Assembly: GCA_963783885.1 (NCBI GenBank)
Contig: CAWAPJ010000043.1
Span: forward strand, 17,030 to 81,029
Reading direction: 5' to 3'
Source: Waddliaceae bacterium
GTDB lineage: Bacteria > Chlamydiota > Chlamydiia > Chlamydiales > SLFE01
DNA: 64,000 bases
Shown piece after piece: positions 17,445 through 28,031 of this stretch; positions within the stretch are counted from its first letter, which is position 1; the number at the start of each line of letters is the position of its first letter. The notes under the pieces were generated by a model. It searched no databases. It was not told the origin of the DNA and saw nothing but the letters and a program-made list of their open reading frames with translations. Made by a program: the position numbers and the translations under genes.

Positions 17445-19334
17445 ATGGAAAAACAAAAAGAGGTCATTGTTGTCGGCGGAGGCCTGGCGGGTCTTTCCGC
17501 CTCGATGAAGCTTGCCGAAAACGGGTGCCGTGTGAAACTCATTTCGATCACGAAATGCCGGCGCTCCCACTCGGTTTGCGCTCAAGGTGGAATCAATGCC
17601 GCCATGAATCTGATGGGAGAAGAAGACTCTCCGATCATTCATGCTTATGATACCATGAAAGGAGGCGATTTTCTCGCCGACCAGCCCCCCATTTTAGAAA
17701 TGTGTTTGACAGCCCCGTCGATCATCCGCATGATGGACCGCTTCGGGTGTCCTTTCAACAGAACTCCCGAAGGGAATATGGACTTTAGAAGATTCGGGGG
17801 CACTCTTTATAACCGTACAGCTTTTTGCGGTGCCTCCACCGGTCAGCAGCTCATGTACACCCTCGACGAGCAGGTGCGCCGCTATGAAGTGAAGGGGCTT
17901 GTCGAAAAGTTCGAAAACCATGAGTTTATGCGCCTTGTCTTAGACGAGGAAGGTATCGCAAGAGGCATTGTCCTCATGGATCTGTTCAATCTCAAATTGG
18001 ACGTTCTCAAAGCTGATGCTGTGGTAATTGCGACAGGAGGACTTGGACTTCTTTTTAAAAAATCGACCAACTCGACCTTTTGTACGGGTGCTGCCAACGG
18101 ACGTCTCTACAAGCAGGGGATGGAATACGCCAATGGCGAGTTTATCCAGATTCATCCGACAGCTATCCCGGGAATCGACAAAATGCGGCTTATGTCCGAA
18201 TCAGCGAGAGGAGAGGGGGGAAGAGTTTGGGTTTATGGAGACTCTTCCAAAACCATTACGGCGCCAAATGGAGAAGAAGTGCCCTGCGGCGAGACGGGAG
18301 AGCCCTGGTATTTCCTCGAAGAGCTTTATCCCGGCTACGGTAACTTAGTCCCGCGCGATATCGGCGCCCGCGTTGTCCTCCGTGTTTGCGAAATGGGCCT
18401 TGGGGTTGACGGCAAAATGCAAGTCTACCTCGATGTGTCACACCTTCCCGATGAGACCAAGCACAAGCTCGATGCTATTTTAGAGATTTACCAAAAATTC
18501 ACCGGCGAAGACCCCAGAAAGGTTCCCATGCGGATTTTTCCCGCTGTTCACTACACAATGGGCGGAGCCTGGGTCGATTGGCCCGCTGCCGACGACCCAG
18601 ACCGCCTGGAGCGGTATCGCCAAATGACAAATATCACCGGCTGTTTCAACATAGGCGAGTCGGACTTTTCCTACCACGGAGCCAACCGCCTGGGAGCCAA
18701 TGCCCTGCTTTCTTGTATCTTTAGCGGACTCGTGGCCGGTCAGGAGGTTCCCCGGTATATCGACAACCTCTCAAAAGCGTTTTCCGAAATTCCCGAAAGC
18801 GTCTTTGACCGGGCCTTAGAGGAGGAAAAGCGTTTCAAAGAAGATCTTTTTGCCCGAAAGGGGCCGGAAAATGTGTTCAAGCTTCATGATGAGCTAGCTG
18901 ATGCCCTCGTCAATAACGCCACCGTTAAACGAAGCGATGAAAATCTCCGCAAAACGCTCGATTTCATCAAGGAAATCAGAGAGCGGTATCAACACATCAC
19001 CTTAAGCGACAAGGGGCGCTTTGCCAATCAGACATATATTTTCGCAAATCAGTTTGACGCGATGATCAATCTTGCGTTAATTATTGTGAAAGGGGCGCTG
19101 CTCCGCAACGAGTTTCGCGGCGCTCACTATAAAGAAGGGTATGACGAGCGCGACGACGAGAATTGGCTGAGGCATACGATAGCAACCTACGAACCGAATC
19201 GGGATGAACCGGTGATCAGTTATAAGCCGGTGGACTTAAGACATCTGGAACCTTTGCAGCGCAATTATGTGAAAGCTAAAAAAGTGAAGCCGGAGTTGAA
19301 AAATATTCCGGAGAACATTCAACTGCCCATATAG
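17445..19334 (+). CDS. sdhA: Succinate dehydrogenase flavoprotein
   Basis: GGGLAG, RSHSVCAQGGINA, QIHPT, HYTMGG, HGANRLGANAL. Confidence 0.97.
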   Translation: MEKQKEVIVVGGGLAGLSASMKLAENGCRVKLISITKCRRSHSVCAQGGINAAMNLMGEEDSPIIHAYDTMKGGDFLADQPPILEMCLTAPSIIRMMDRFGCPFNRTPEGNMDFRRFGGTLYNRTAFCGASTGQQLMYTLDEQVRRYEVKGLVEKFENHEFMRLVLDEEGIARGIVLMDLFNLKLDVLKADAVVIATGGLGLLFKKSTNSTFCTGAANGRLYKQGMEYANGEFIQIHPTAIPGIDKMRLMSESARGEGGRVWVYGDSSKTITAPNGEEVPCGETGEPWYFLEELYPGYGNLVPRDIGARVVLRVCEMGLGVDGKMQVYLDVSHLPDETKHKLDAILEIYQKFTGEDPRKVPMRIFPAVHYTMGGAWVDWPAADDPDRLERYRQMTNITGCFNIGESDFSYHGANRLGANALLSCIFSGLVAGQEVPRYIDNLSKAFSEIPESVFDRALEEEKRFKEDLFARKGPENVFKLHDELADALVNNATVKRSDENLRKTLDFIKEIRERYQHITLSDKGRFANQTYIFANQFDAMINLALIIVKGALLRNEFRGAHYKEGYDERDDENWLRHTIATYEPNRDEPVISYKPVDLRHLEPLQRNYVKAKKVKPELKNIPENIQLPI

Positions 19335-19343
19335 GACAGGCTT

Positions 19344-20111
19344 ATGGCCGATACGTATATTTTAAAAATTTATCGGGGAACGCCGGGCAAGCAATATTGG
19401 GAAGAATTCGAGTTCGAGCTCATGCCGCAGGCGAATGTGATTTCCTCTTTGATGGAAATCCAAAAAAATCCCGTCAACCGCAAAGGAAAGGCGGTCGAGC
19501 CGGTCGTTTGGCAGCAGGGGTGCCTTGAAGAAGTGTGCGGGTCCTGTTCGATGCTCATCAACGGTCATCCCCGCCAGGCATGCACCGCTCTGATCAAGAA
19601 TATCATCGAAGAAACCGGAAGCCATGTCATTACCCTTGCGCCTTTTACCAAATTTCCCCTAGTGCGTGATTTGATTGTCGACCGCTCGGCCATGTTTGAC
19701 AATCTAAAAAGAGTGCACGCCTGGATAGATGCCGACCTATCCTACGACCGGGGTCCCGGCCCGAAAATCAGCCCCGCCGTCCAGCAGGTGATGTATGAGC
19801 TCTCAACATGCATGACCTGCGGCTGCTGCTCCGAAGGCTGCCCCAATGTCAACGAAAGATCCGATTTTATGGGACCGGCTCCCATCTCCACCGTCCGTTT
19901 TCTCAATCTGCATCCCACCGGTCATACTCAGCAGCATGAAAGACTTGGCCCCCTTATGGGAAAAGGGGGTATCGGCGGCTGCGGCAATGCTCAAAACTGC
20001 GTCCGTGTCTGCCCCAAGCGCATTCCTCTGACTGACAGCATCGCCGAAATTGGCCGCGCCGTGACCCTCCAGGCCCTGCGCAACATTTTCAGCGGCCCTG
20101 AAGAAGAATAA
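19344..20111 (+). CDS. sdhB: Succinate dehydrogenase Fe-S subunit
   Basis: CLEEVCGSC, CMTCGCCSEGCP, CGNAQNCVRVCP. Confidence 0.97.
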   Translation: MADTYILKIYRGTPGKQYWEEFEFELMPQANVISSLMEIQKNPVNRKGKAVEPVVWQQGCLEEVCGSCSMLINGHPRQACTALIKNIIEETGSHVITLAPFTKFPLVRDLIVDRSAMFDNLKRVHAWIDADLSYDRGPGPKISPAVQQVMYELSTCMTCGCCSEGCPNVNERSDFMGPAPISTVRFLNLHPTGHTQQHERLGPLMGKGGIGGCGNAQNCVRVCPKRIPLTDSIAEIGRAVTLQALRNIFSGPEEE

Positions 20112-20152
20112 TTCATTGCTTTCTATTTGAAAATTCTTATTCTTTTAACCTT

Positions 20153-20608
20153 ATGAATGTTCAACTGACCGAATCTAAACGAAAGGAACTCTTTCAAAAG
20201 TTTTTCAATCATGAGGAAATTGCCTGGCGAAGATCCGGGAGGTATATGGAATTCCGTATCGATGATGGATTGTTCATCTACGATGATGATGCCGACGGAT
20301 ACGATATTTTTTTGAAACAGTACGGGTTTCCCTCAATGAGAAGGGAAAGTGAAATGGGCTACTTTCTAGATGGCATTATCTCCCTTGTATGCCGCGTTCA
20401 TTTGATACATTTCGCGAACCAGATCAACAGCATAGCAGAGCTTTCTAAGTGGGAGAGGTCGAAATTCATCCTGGCCACGAAAGATGTGCGCCTGATTTCC
20501 GACAAGCTTCTTTGCCTTCCCAATAAGACGCAAACGACTCCGGAGATCGAGGTGATGCTCAAACAAGTGGCTCTCTACCGTCTGTCAAAGCAAAATCGGG
20601 TGTTCTAA
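20153..20608 (+). CDS. Hypothetical protein
   Basis: 151-aa ORF with no recognised motif. Confidence 0.55.
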   Translation: MNVQLTESKRKELFQKFFNHEEIAWRRSGRYMEFRIDDGLFIYDDDADGYDIFLKQYGFPSMRRESEMGYFLDGIISLVCRVHLIHFANQINSIAELSKWERSKFILATKDVRLISDKLLCLPNKTQTTPEIEVMLKQVALYRLSKQNRVF

Positions 20609-20801
20609 GCTGCTTTAAGATAAACCGATTCAAAAAAATATTAAAACACAGAGGCACAAAGACACAAAGAGGTGCAGTTCACTAACTATAGGGAAGTAAG
20701 CATTCGGCGATCTACGTTTCCCGGATAACTTGCGGGGGCTTTGGTCTGCTTCGACAACCCCTGGAGGGGTTGCCTCCATCGGGCGCCTTGCGGCCCTTCG
20801 C

Positions 20802-20955
20802 CCCTGATTGCTACCTAAACCTCAGCTAGAGCTTACACGAGCACACCATCTACTGCCTGTAGCGCCTCGGCAAGGGATTACCCTTGCCGTCGACGCTACA
20901 GTTGTATCTGGCGCACTCGTGTAAGCTCTAGCTAAGGTTTAGGTAGCAATCAGGG
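20802..20955. repeat. 154-bp imperfect palindrome (REP/MITE-like hairpin)
   Basis: CCCTGATTGCTACCTAAACCTCAGCTAGAGCTTACACGAG pairs with its inverse (one mismatch in 40 bp); inner CTGTAGCG/CGCTACAG and CGGCAAGGG-ATTA-CCCTTGCCG. Confidence 0.92.
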
Positions 20956-20958
20956 TCT

Positions 20959-21525
20959 ATGGTAAAAGAAATAAAAGAAAACCTTGCGGAGATACAGAAA
21001 AAATTCTGGCTTTCTTCTGAATCTTCAAGAATCGTGCGTCTCCAAAAAGCTGAAAAAAGATTTGATGTTTGGCGAAGAAATCAACAAGATAGCTCGAAAA
21101 ATCGCCTTTGTCTTTTAGTGCGGTGGCTGAAAGAGGATAATGGCGTTGTGTTGATCCGCAATTATGAAGAACTCATATCATTAGGTAAGCGAGTATTATT
21201 TGAAATTGGAGAGATTCCACTGAAGGAAGAAATCGATAAATCAATTGCCAATGACAATATTGTAAAAGCTTTTAAGGATTTTTTCTGCAAGTCCCACTTT
21301 TATCGATATCTTGAGGACTCGGATATAAATAAGCTTTGTTATTGGCTCTCACACAATGAAGGGGGCAGCATGATTTCTCGTCATGAAGATTTCGTCAAAT
21401 TGGCTTCTATGTTGAATTCAGCAGGATACAATATCCCAAACACTCCTACCAGGGAGGTATTTCTGAAAGCTTATAGAGAGTATTTGGAATTATTAGCCAA
21501 AAAGCATAATTCAAGCCGTTTCTAG
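20959..21525 (+). CDS. Hypothetical protein
   Basis: 188-aa ORF starting 3 nt after the hairpin; no motif recognised. Confidence 0.55.
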   Translation: MVKEIKENLAEIQKKFWLSSESSRIVRLQKAEKRFDVWRRNQQDSSKNRLCLLVRWLKEDNGVVLIRNYEELISLGKRVLFEIGEIPLKEEIDKSIANDNIVKAFKDFFCKSHFYRYLEDSDINKLCYWLSHNEGGSMISRHEDFVKLASMLNSAGYNIPNTPTREVFLKAYREYLELLAKKHNSSRF

Positions 21526-22005
21526 CCAATCGCTGAAATCATCATTTGAAAGTTATCAATGTGGATTGAGAACCATACTTTTACCCATAAGGTCTGATTT
21601 CTCTTTAAGACATGTAAAATTCCAATTACGTGCATCTGTGAGAAAAGCGGGCTAGAAAAACAAACAATAAGAACAATGTAACGATATAAAGGATAATCAA
21701 TCAATACCTCAACCTTTTTCTTTTATCGTTGCTATCGTTAAGTCGTTTTCATCGTTAATTAGTTGTGAGCATCACGTTTATTTAGAGGATTGAATCGGTT
21801 TAAAGATGTAGCATCTCACCATCGTCTGCACAAACGGATATTTCTGTCAAAAAAGATATGGGTAAAAGTATGCTGAGAGCACTGCGTTGAATTTTTACGG
21901 AAAGGGCTGATTTTCAGTCTCCCATTTTTTCCCTTGAAAACTGCTGTTATTTCTGGCAACCTTGATGGTACCGCTCATGGCCATTCAGACAAATAGGTAC
22001 CTTTT

Positions 22006-23643
22006 ATGCTAGAAAATTATGAAGCATTTTCATCGAAGGAAGTCGAGATTTTGGAGAATTATGTGACAAACACCTCCGGACGTATCTTCTGCCTTCGCAA
22101 CTTGCCCGAAGTTATCAAAGGGGCTCTTTTTTCCCGCTATTCGCGATCTTCATTAGGACTCAGATCGCTGCTTCTCAAGGAGTTTATACTCAATGACGAA
22201 GAGACGGCATTCGGAGAAATCGTTCCCGTCTCGGGAGAGAATGAAGACAAGCAGATACTGGCTTTGAAAAAAGCTCAGAATTTTTATGACCGCATTCTCG
22301 ACGGTTATGGAGACGACTCTATCGGCGAGCTTGGAGGAGCGCATCTGGCGATTGAAAACGTCTCGATGCTTGGAGCTAAGATCATCGAAGACCGCCGCAT
22401 CGGGGGATCTCCCTTGGAGAAGTCGACCCGCTATATCTATTTCGATCAGAAGGTAGGAGGCGAGTACCTTTTTTACAGGGAGCCGATTCTCATGACGTCG
22501 GCTTTTAGGGATGTGTATGTCAACACGTGCAATATGCTTTTCGAGACCTACAGCAAGCTGATACCGCCGCTAACGACCCTTATGGAAGGCAAATATCCTA
22601 AGGAAGAGGGAATTTCAACCGGAGCTTACAAAGCCTCTATCCGCGCCAAAGTCCTCGACTGCCTTCGCGGCCTCCTTCCTGCCGGGACGCTGACCAATAT
22701 GGGCATCTATGGAAACGGCCGTTTTTTCGAGAGTATGATCCAGCGGCTACATTGCCACAATCTTGCCGAACTTCAGGATATCGGAAAAACTGCACAGGAA
22801 GAGCTCGGAAAAATTATCCCCTCGTTTATCCGCCGCTCAGATCCCGAACACCGGACCCAGCAGGGGTTTGTGAAGTTTAAAGAGGCTATGGACCAAGCGA
22901 TCGAGCTGATCACCGAACAAAATACCGAGTTTGCAGGGAAGTCGACAGAACCGGGCGTTCGCCTGCTTTCCTGGGATTCCGACGCTGTCCAAAATGTCGC
23001 CGCAGCGCTATTATTCGAGCATTCCGACAAAGGGCTTCATGAGCTTCGCCAATATTGCAAAAACTTGCCCGGCGAGGAAATCGCCAGGATTTTGGACGCC
23101 GGATGCAGTGCCAGGGAGAATCGGCGTCATAAGAGTCCCAGAGCTTTGGAGCATGCCGAATTGACCTTTGAAATCGTTGCCGATTTCGGAGCTTATCGGG
23201 ACCTTCACAGGCACCGCATCCTCACCCAGGAAAGGCAGCTGCTGACATGCGACTATGGATTTTATACTCCTTCCGAGCTCCAGGGGCTCGGCGAAGAAGC
23301 CGAATATGTGGAGGCGATGTGCAGGGCGAAAGAGGTCTACGATGCCATTTCCGAGGAGCTTCCCGAAGAAGCGCAGTATGTTGTCCCCATGGCCTATAAT
23401 ATCCGCTGGTACTTTCATGTGAACCTGCGCGCACTTCAGTGGATTACCGAACTTCGGTCATCCCCTGCCGGCCATCCCAACTATCGCTACATTGCTCAGG
23501 AAATGGCCCGGCAGGTTTCGGAAAAGATTCCCGAGTTCGAGAGGTTTTTCAAATTTGTCGACTATGAAGGCTACGATCTCGGCCGTCTCGGCCAGGAGCA
23601 GCGAAAAGTCGAAAAGATGAAACTTAACTCCCAAAGTCGATAA
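22006..23643 (+). CDS. thyX: FAD-dependent thymidylate synthase, tandem-domain chlamydial type
   Basis: RRIGGSPLEKSTRY and RDLHRHRILTQ; 545 aa. Confidence 0.92.
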   Translation: MLENYEAFSSKEVEILENYVTNTSGRIFCLRNLPEVIKGALFSRYSRSSLGLRSLLLKEFILNDEETAFGEIVPVSGENEDKQILALKKAQNFYDRILDGYGDDSIGELGGAHLAIENVSMLGAKIIEDRRIGGSPLEKSTRYIYFDQKVGGEYLFYREPILMTSAFRDVYVNTCNMLFETYSKLIPPLTTLMEGKYPKEEGISTGAYKASIRAKVLDCLRGLLPAGTLTNMGIYGNGRFFESMIQRLHCHNLAELQDIGKTAQEELGKIIPSFIRRSDPEHRTQQGFVKFKEAMDQAIELITEQNTEFAGKSTEPGVRLLSWDSDAVQNVAAALLFEHSDKGLHELRQYCKNLPGEEIARILDAGCSARENRRHKSPRALEHAELTFEIVADFGAYRDLHRHRILTQERQLLTCDYGFYTPSELQGLGEEAEYVEAMCRAKEVYDAISEELPEEAQYVVPMAYNIRWYFHVNLRALQWITELRSSPAGHPNYRYIAQEMARQVSEKIPEFERFFKFVDYEGYDLGRLGQEQRKVEKMKLNSQSR

Positions 23644-24427
23644 GATCCGGTTTTGGGGGTCTTGCAGGAATTGGTTTCTCGGTAAAAGGGTTAAAAGAAG
23701 TTCTTAACTGTTGCGGCTTAGGAGGAGGGGGAAATTGAAAATCAGGACAGGCTTCCATCTCATCGCATGAGTATGAACTTTCCGAGCTGCTTGATGAAGC
23801 AAGAGGAGGAACATACGTTTTTTTAGCCTCTTGATCCAAGCAATTTTGGGGTTCACGTGGATCAAGTGGATTACCCATAAGATCTTCAAAATAATTATCA
23901 AAGTCAATTTCTTTGCTTTGCTTCCGATGCAAATTAGGCATCGATCTTGAAATCTTTGACAGTGTTTTTTTCCGCTGTCCGGGAAGGTTACCCTGAGATA
24001 GCGTACTATGGTAAATTTCAGACAATCTTTTATTATTGCACCTGTGTTTTTTTGCCGTTTGATTAATCAGCTCCTTTTTTCTTTTCTTATTGTTTACCCA
24101 GATTTTTTGCTGTTCCAGACTCAATTTAAAAAACCAAGTGCGGACATAATTCTGCATTTTTTCGATAACTGCCTTATTATTTTGTTGGTTTGTGTTAGGT
24201 TGTATTATCCATTCTAGAAGTTGTTCTTTATCACTTTGTATCTCATCTGATGCACTTTTATTGACTCCTGGTTTCTCATATTGATCGATGATTTTTACAA
24301 AAATGTTCCAAATAAGGTGGCAGTCGGCGACAGTTTGGCAATAATTTGCGCCTATCGAACTCTGATTTAAGAACTGTTCTGCGGCATAGTCTGCATCTCT
24401 AAAATCGATGTGTTTTGTGTATATCAT
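23624..24427 (-). CDS. Hypothetical protein with Ser/Pro-rich C-terminus (effector-like)
   Basis: 267-aa AT-rich ORF; SSSSSES, PPPPKP, PIPARPPKP. Confidence 0.65.
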   Translation of the reverse strand: MIYTKHIDFRDADYAAEQFLNQSSIGANYCQTVADCHLIWNIFVKIIDQYEKPGVNKSASDEIQSDKEQLLEWIIQPNTNQQNNKAVIEKMQNYVRTWFFKLSLEQQKIWVNNKKRKKELINQTAKKHRCNNKRLSEIYHSTLSQGNLPGQRKKTLSKISRSMPNLHRKQSKEIDFDNYFEDLMGNPLDPREPQNCLDQEAKKTYVPPLASSSSSESSYSCDEMEACPDFQFPPPPKPQQLRTSFNPFTEKPIPARPPKPDLIDFGS

Positions 24428-24539
24428 GATTAACTCCTTTGCAATAATGCCTCAAAGTTTTAGTAATTAAACCTTTATTTTTCAAGCCTTTTCCTAGTTA
24501 TTGAGAATAATCGTTTGAACTGATAGACTTATTGAACCC

Positions 24540-25745
24540 ATGGAGAGTCTTAAACATGCACATCAGGGAAGTGTTCTGGGCAGTTCGCTGCTGATCGCCG
24601 GATGCTGCATTGGTGCGGGGATGCTGGGGCTCCCTGTCCTGAGCGCGTACGCAGGATTCATTCCGAGTGCGGTGTTTTTCTTCCTCGTCTGGCTCTTTAT
24701 GATGACAACAGGCCTGCTTCTTCTCGAAGTGAACCTTTGGTTCAAAGATGAAGATGTCAGTATCATCTCGATGGCAGGAAGAACGCTGGGAAGAGGCGGG
24801 CGGATCGCCGGCTGGATCTTGTTTTGCTATCTCTTTTATTCGGTCATGGTCGCCTACATAGCTGGGAGCGGTTCGCTTCTCGCTGGTGTGGCGGACGATT
24901 TCGGACTCATTCTGCCCAGATGGCTGGGGAGTGTGATTTTTACAATTTTTTTTGGCGTGCTGATCTACTTTGGAACCGAAGTGGTCGACTGGTTCAACCG
25001 CCTCCTCATGATCGGCCTTGTTACGTCCTATTTTTCCCTATTGTTTTTTGGGGTCGGTTATATCGAGCCGGATCTTTTGGAAAGAAGCGATTGGCCTGCT
25101 GTCTTGCTGGTCATTCCGGCGATGGTCATTTCCTTCGGCTACCATAACCTCATTCCCAGCCTGACCACCTATCTGCATGGGAACTCGAAAAAACTGATTG
25201 GCGTGGTTGTCATTGGAAGCCTCATCCCCCTGGTCATTTATCTGGCCTGGGAGTCTTTGATTTTGGGGATTGTGCCGGTGAAGGGTTTCCAAATGGCTTT
25301 GGATAGCGGCGAGATTGCCACTCTTGCTTTAAAAAATGTTGTCAATTCCAAAATTGTTATCCTCCTTGCTCAGCATTTTGCGTTTTTTGCCCTCATCTCT
25401 TCGTTTTTGAGCGTCGCTTTGAGCTTTCTCGATTTTCTAGCCGACGGGCTGCATATCAAAAAAGATGCTAAAGGGAAATTCTCTCTTTGCCTGCTGACTT
25501 TGACTCCTCCGTTTATCCTCGCGATGATCTATCCGGGTATTTTTCTCGTAGCGCTAAGCTATGCGGGAGCCTTTGGGGCGATCATCCTTTTTGGCATAAT
25601 GCCGGCTCTGATGGTCTGGAGAGGCAGATATCATTTAAAGACAGATACTATACGGATTGTTCCCGGAGGGCGGGCCGCCCTCAGCCTCATCATCGGGTTT
25701 GCCTCATGGGTCGTGATTGTTAACTTATTGGAGATTGTATTGTGA
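24540..25745 (+). CDS. tyrP: Aromatic amino acid permease (TyrP/Mtr family)
   Basis: LIAGCCIGAGMLGLP, SFGYHNLIPSL, SSFLSVALS. Confidence 0.9.
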   Translation: MESLKHAHQGSVLGSSLLIAGCCIGAGMLGLPVLSAYAGFIPSAVFFFLVWLFMMTTGLLLLEVNLWFKDEDVSIISMAGRTLGRGGRIAGWILFCYLFYSVMVAYIAGSGSLLAGVADDFGLILPRWLGSVIFTIFFGVLIYFGTEVVDWFNRLLMIGLVTSYFSLLFFGVGYIEPDLLERSDWPAVLLVIPAMVISFGYHNLIPSLTTYLHGNSKKLIGVVVIGSLIPLVIYLAWESLILGIVPVKGFQMALDSGEIATLALKNVVNSKIVILLAQHFAFFALISSFLSVALSFLDFLADGLHIKKDAKGKFSLCLLTLTPPFILAMIYPGIFLVALSYAGAFGAIILFGIMPALMVWRGRYHLKTDTIRIVPGGRAALSLIIGFASWVVIVNLLEIVL

Positions 25746-26962
25746 AATATGCGGGTAAAATCCTCGGGGGTGTATTGCTTGTGGCGGGAACGACCATTGG
25801 AGGAGCTATTCTGGCTCTTCCCGTCACTGCCGGCTTGTCGGGATTGTTTCCCACTTTGGCGTTGTTTGTGATTTATTGGATTTTAACGACATTTTCCGCC
25901 TGCCTCTTTCTTGAAGTGGACCTGTGGATTCCGGATCGGAGGGTCAACATTATCTCTATGGCTAAGGCGACACTCGGCAGATGGGGAGAAGTGGTGTCGT
26001 GGATTCTCTACCTTTTTCTTCTCTATACTTTGACGACCGCTTATATGGCGGCAAGCGGCCCCTTGTTTGTGTCGTTTGTGTCCTATGTGACAGGAATTGC
26101 TATGCCCGCTTGGTTCGGTCCGCTTCCATTGATTTTGATTTTTAGCTTTTTTGTTTACGAAGGGGCCAAATATGTCGACTATCTGAATCGCCTCCTCATG
26201 TTCGGTCTTATTTTTACGTACGTGGTGCTGAGCACATGGCTTCTGCCCCATTTGGATTTGGATTTGCTGACGAATCAGAATTGGCATTTTCTGCCGCTGG
26301 CTGTGGCGATGGTAGCCACATCTTTCGGTTATCATATCATTATTCCCACAGTAACCCGTTATTTGAACCGTGATGTGAGGGCTTTAGTCATTGTGATTGT
26401 AATCGGGGGAGCGACCCCTTTGATTATCAATGGCATTTGGGCGTTTGTCACGCTCGGCATCATACCGATAGGAGGGTCCAGCGGCCTGATGGAAGGATAT
26501 ATACAAGGGAAAAACTCCGTTGAATTGATCATCAGCCACCTTGGAAATACCTGGCTGGCCAGTGCGGCTCAGTGGTTTCAATTTTTTGCCATTGTCACCT
26601 CATTTTTGGGAGTTTCCTTGAGTCTTAGGGACTTTTTAGCAGATGGTCTTGGCATAAAGAATACCGCTTCGGGAAGGTGGATGCTTTATTTCCTCACATT
26701 CCTGCCTCCATTGTTTTTTGCTCTGACAATCCATCGGGCATTTTTTATGGCTTTGGATTATGCCGGCGTGTTCGGTGTTCTCATTCTTCTCGTCGTGATG
26801 CCTATCCTTATGGTATGGTGGGGACGGTATAGCAAAAGTTTCAGCTCTGACCAATTTAAAACGCCGGGGGGTAAGCCGGCTCTCGCTCTGGCTCTCGCGA
26901 CAGCCTGTTTGTTGATACTTCTGGAGGCAGGGAATAAAATGGGAATTTTTCAGTATTTTTAA
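25742..26962 (+). CDS. tyrP: Aromatic amino acid permease (TyrP/Mtr family), second paralog
   Basis: [33 protein letters not shown]. Confidence 0.9.
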   Translation: MKYAGKILGGVLLVAGTTIGGAILALPVTAGLSGLFPTLALFVIYWILTTFSACLFLEVDLWIPDRRVNIISMAKATLGRWGEVVSWILYLFLLYTLTTAYMAASGPLFVSFVSYVTGIAMPAWFGPLPLILIFSFFVYEGAKYVDYLNRLLMFGLIFTYVVLSTWLLPHLDLDLLTNQNWHFLPLAVAMVATSFGYHIIIPTVTRYLNRDVRALVIVIVIGGATPLIINGIWAFVTLGIIPIGGSSGLMEGYIQGKNSVELIISHLGNTWLASAAQWFQFFAIVTSFLGVSLSLRDFLADGLGIKNTASGRWMLYFLTFLPPLFFALTIHRAFFMALDYAGVFGVLILLVVMPILMVWWGRYSKSFSSDQFKTPGGKPALALALATACLLILLEAGNKMGIFQYF

Positions 26963-26969
26963 AGAGGGA

Positions 26970-28031
26970 ATGATGGCAGAGGAAAAAAAACGGATTTTAA
27001 CAGGCGACAGGCCGACGGGAAAATTGCATTTGGGACATTTTGTCGGCTCAATTCAAAGCAGGGCCCAGCTGCAGGATAAATATGAGTGCATCTTTATCAT
27101 TGCCGATTTGCATATGCTCACGACCAAACCCTCCCGGGAAGATATTATGGGAATGCGCGATAACTTGCGCCATATGGTCCTCGATTATCTGGCTTGCGGC
27201 ATCGATCCGGAAAAATCAATCATTTATCTCCAATCTGGGGTGCCGGCGATTTATGAACTCAATCTTTTTTTTGAGAATATGGTCTCCATCAACCGGCTGT
27301 CGGGCCTGCCGAGTCTCAAAGATATGGCCCGCAACGCCCATATGGACCCCGAGAACGTCCCTTTTGGACTCCTCGGCTATCCCGTTTTACAGTCAGCTGA
27401 TATACTGCTCCCCAGAGCCCATTTAGTCCCTGTTGGAAAGGATAATGAGGCGCATGTAGAGATCACGCGCGATATCGCTCGCCGCTTCAACCAGTATTAC
27501 AGCGAGGTGTTCCCTCTCCCTGAGGCTATTTTAAGCAATGTGCCGACGCTTGTCGGGACCGACGGCAAAGGGAAAATGAGCAAATCAGCAGGCAATGCGA
27601 TTTTTCTATCCGACGACTCTAAGACTGTCATTAAAAAAGTACGCGGCATGTACACCGATCCCAAACGGGTGCATGCCGATGTTCCCGGCACCGTTGAAGG
27701 GAATCCGGTATTTATCTATCACGATATCTTCAATTCCAATAAGGATGAGGTTCGCGACTTAAAGGAGCGCTACCAAAAGGGAACTGTGGGCGATGTCGAA
27801 GTGAAAGACAAACTAGCCGCTGCCCTGAATCATTTCCTCGATCCCATTCGCGACAGGCGCAAAGCTTACGAGAGTGAGAAGGGCCTTGTCGAGGAAATTC
27901 TTTTTCACGGGACCAACAAAATGAATGAGATCGCCGCTGAAACAATGAAGGCGGTCCATCAGGCGATGGGTGTCGCGGGAACCTGGAAGAAGATTTCCCG
28001 CATTGCCCGCGAGAGGCAAAATGCCGTTTGA
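26970..28031 (+). CDS. trpS: Tryptophanyl-tRNA synthetase
   Basis: [27 protein letters not shown]. Confidence 0.97.
   Translation: MMAEEKKRILTGDRPTGKLHLGHFVGSIQSRAQLQDKYECIFIIADLHMLTTKPSREDIMGMRDNLRHMVLDYLACGIDPEKSIIYLQSGVPAIYELNLFFENMVSINRLSGLPSLKDMARNAHMDPENVPFGLLGYPVLQSADILLPRAHLVPVGKDNEAHVEITRDIARRFNQYYSEVFPLPEAILSNVPTLVGTDGKGKMSKSAGNAIFLSDDSKTVIKKVRGMYTDPKRVHADVPGTVEGNPVFIYHDIFNSNKDEVRDLKERYQKGTVGDVEVKDKLAAALNHFLDPIRDRRKAYESEKGLVEEILFHGTNKMNEIAAETMKAVHQAMGVAGTWKKISRIARERQNAV

Noticed and set aside
27970..28020. ORF-track N-terminal extension of uvrB
   Set aside because: Overlaps trpS; homology begins at MPFELV (28021).
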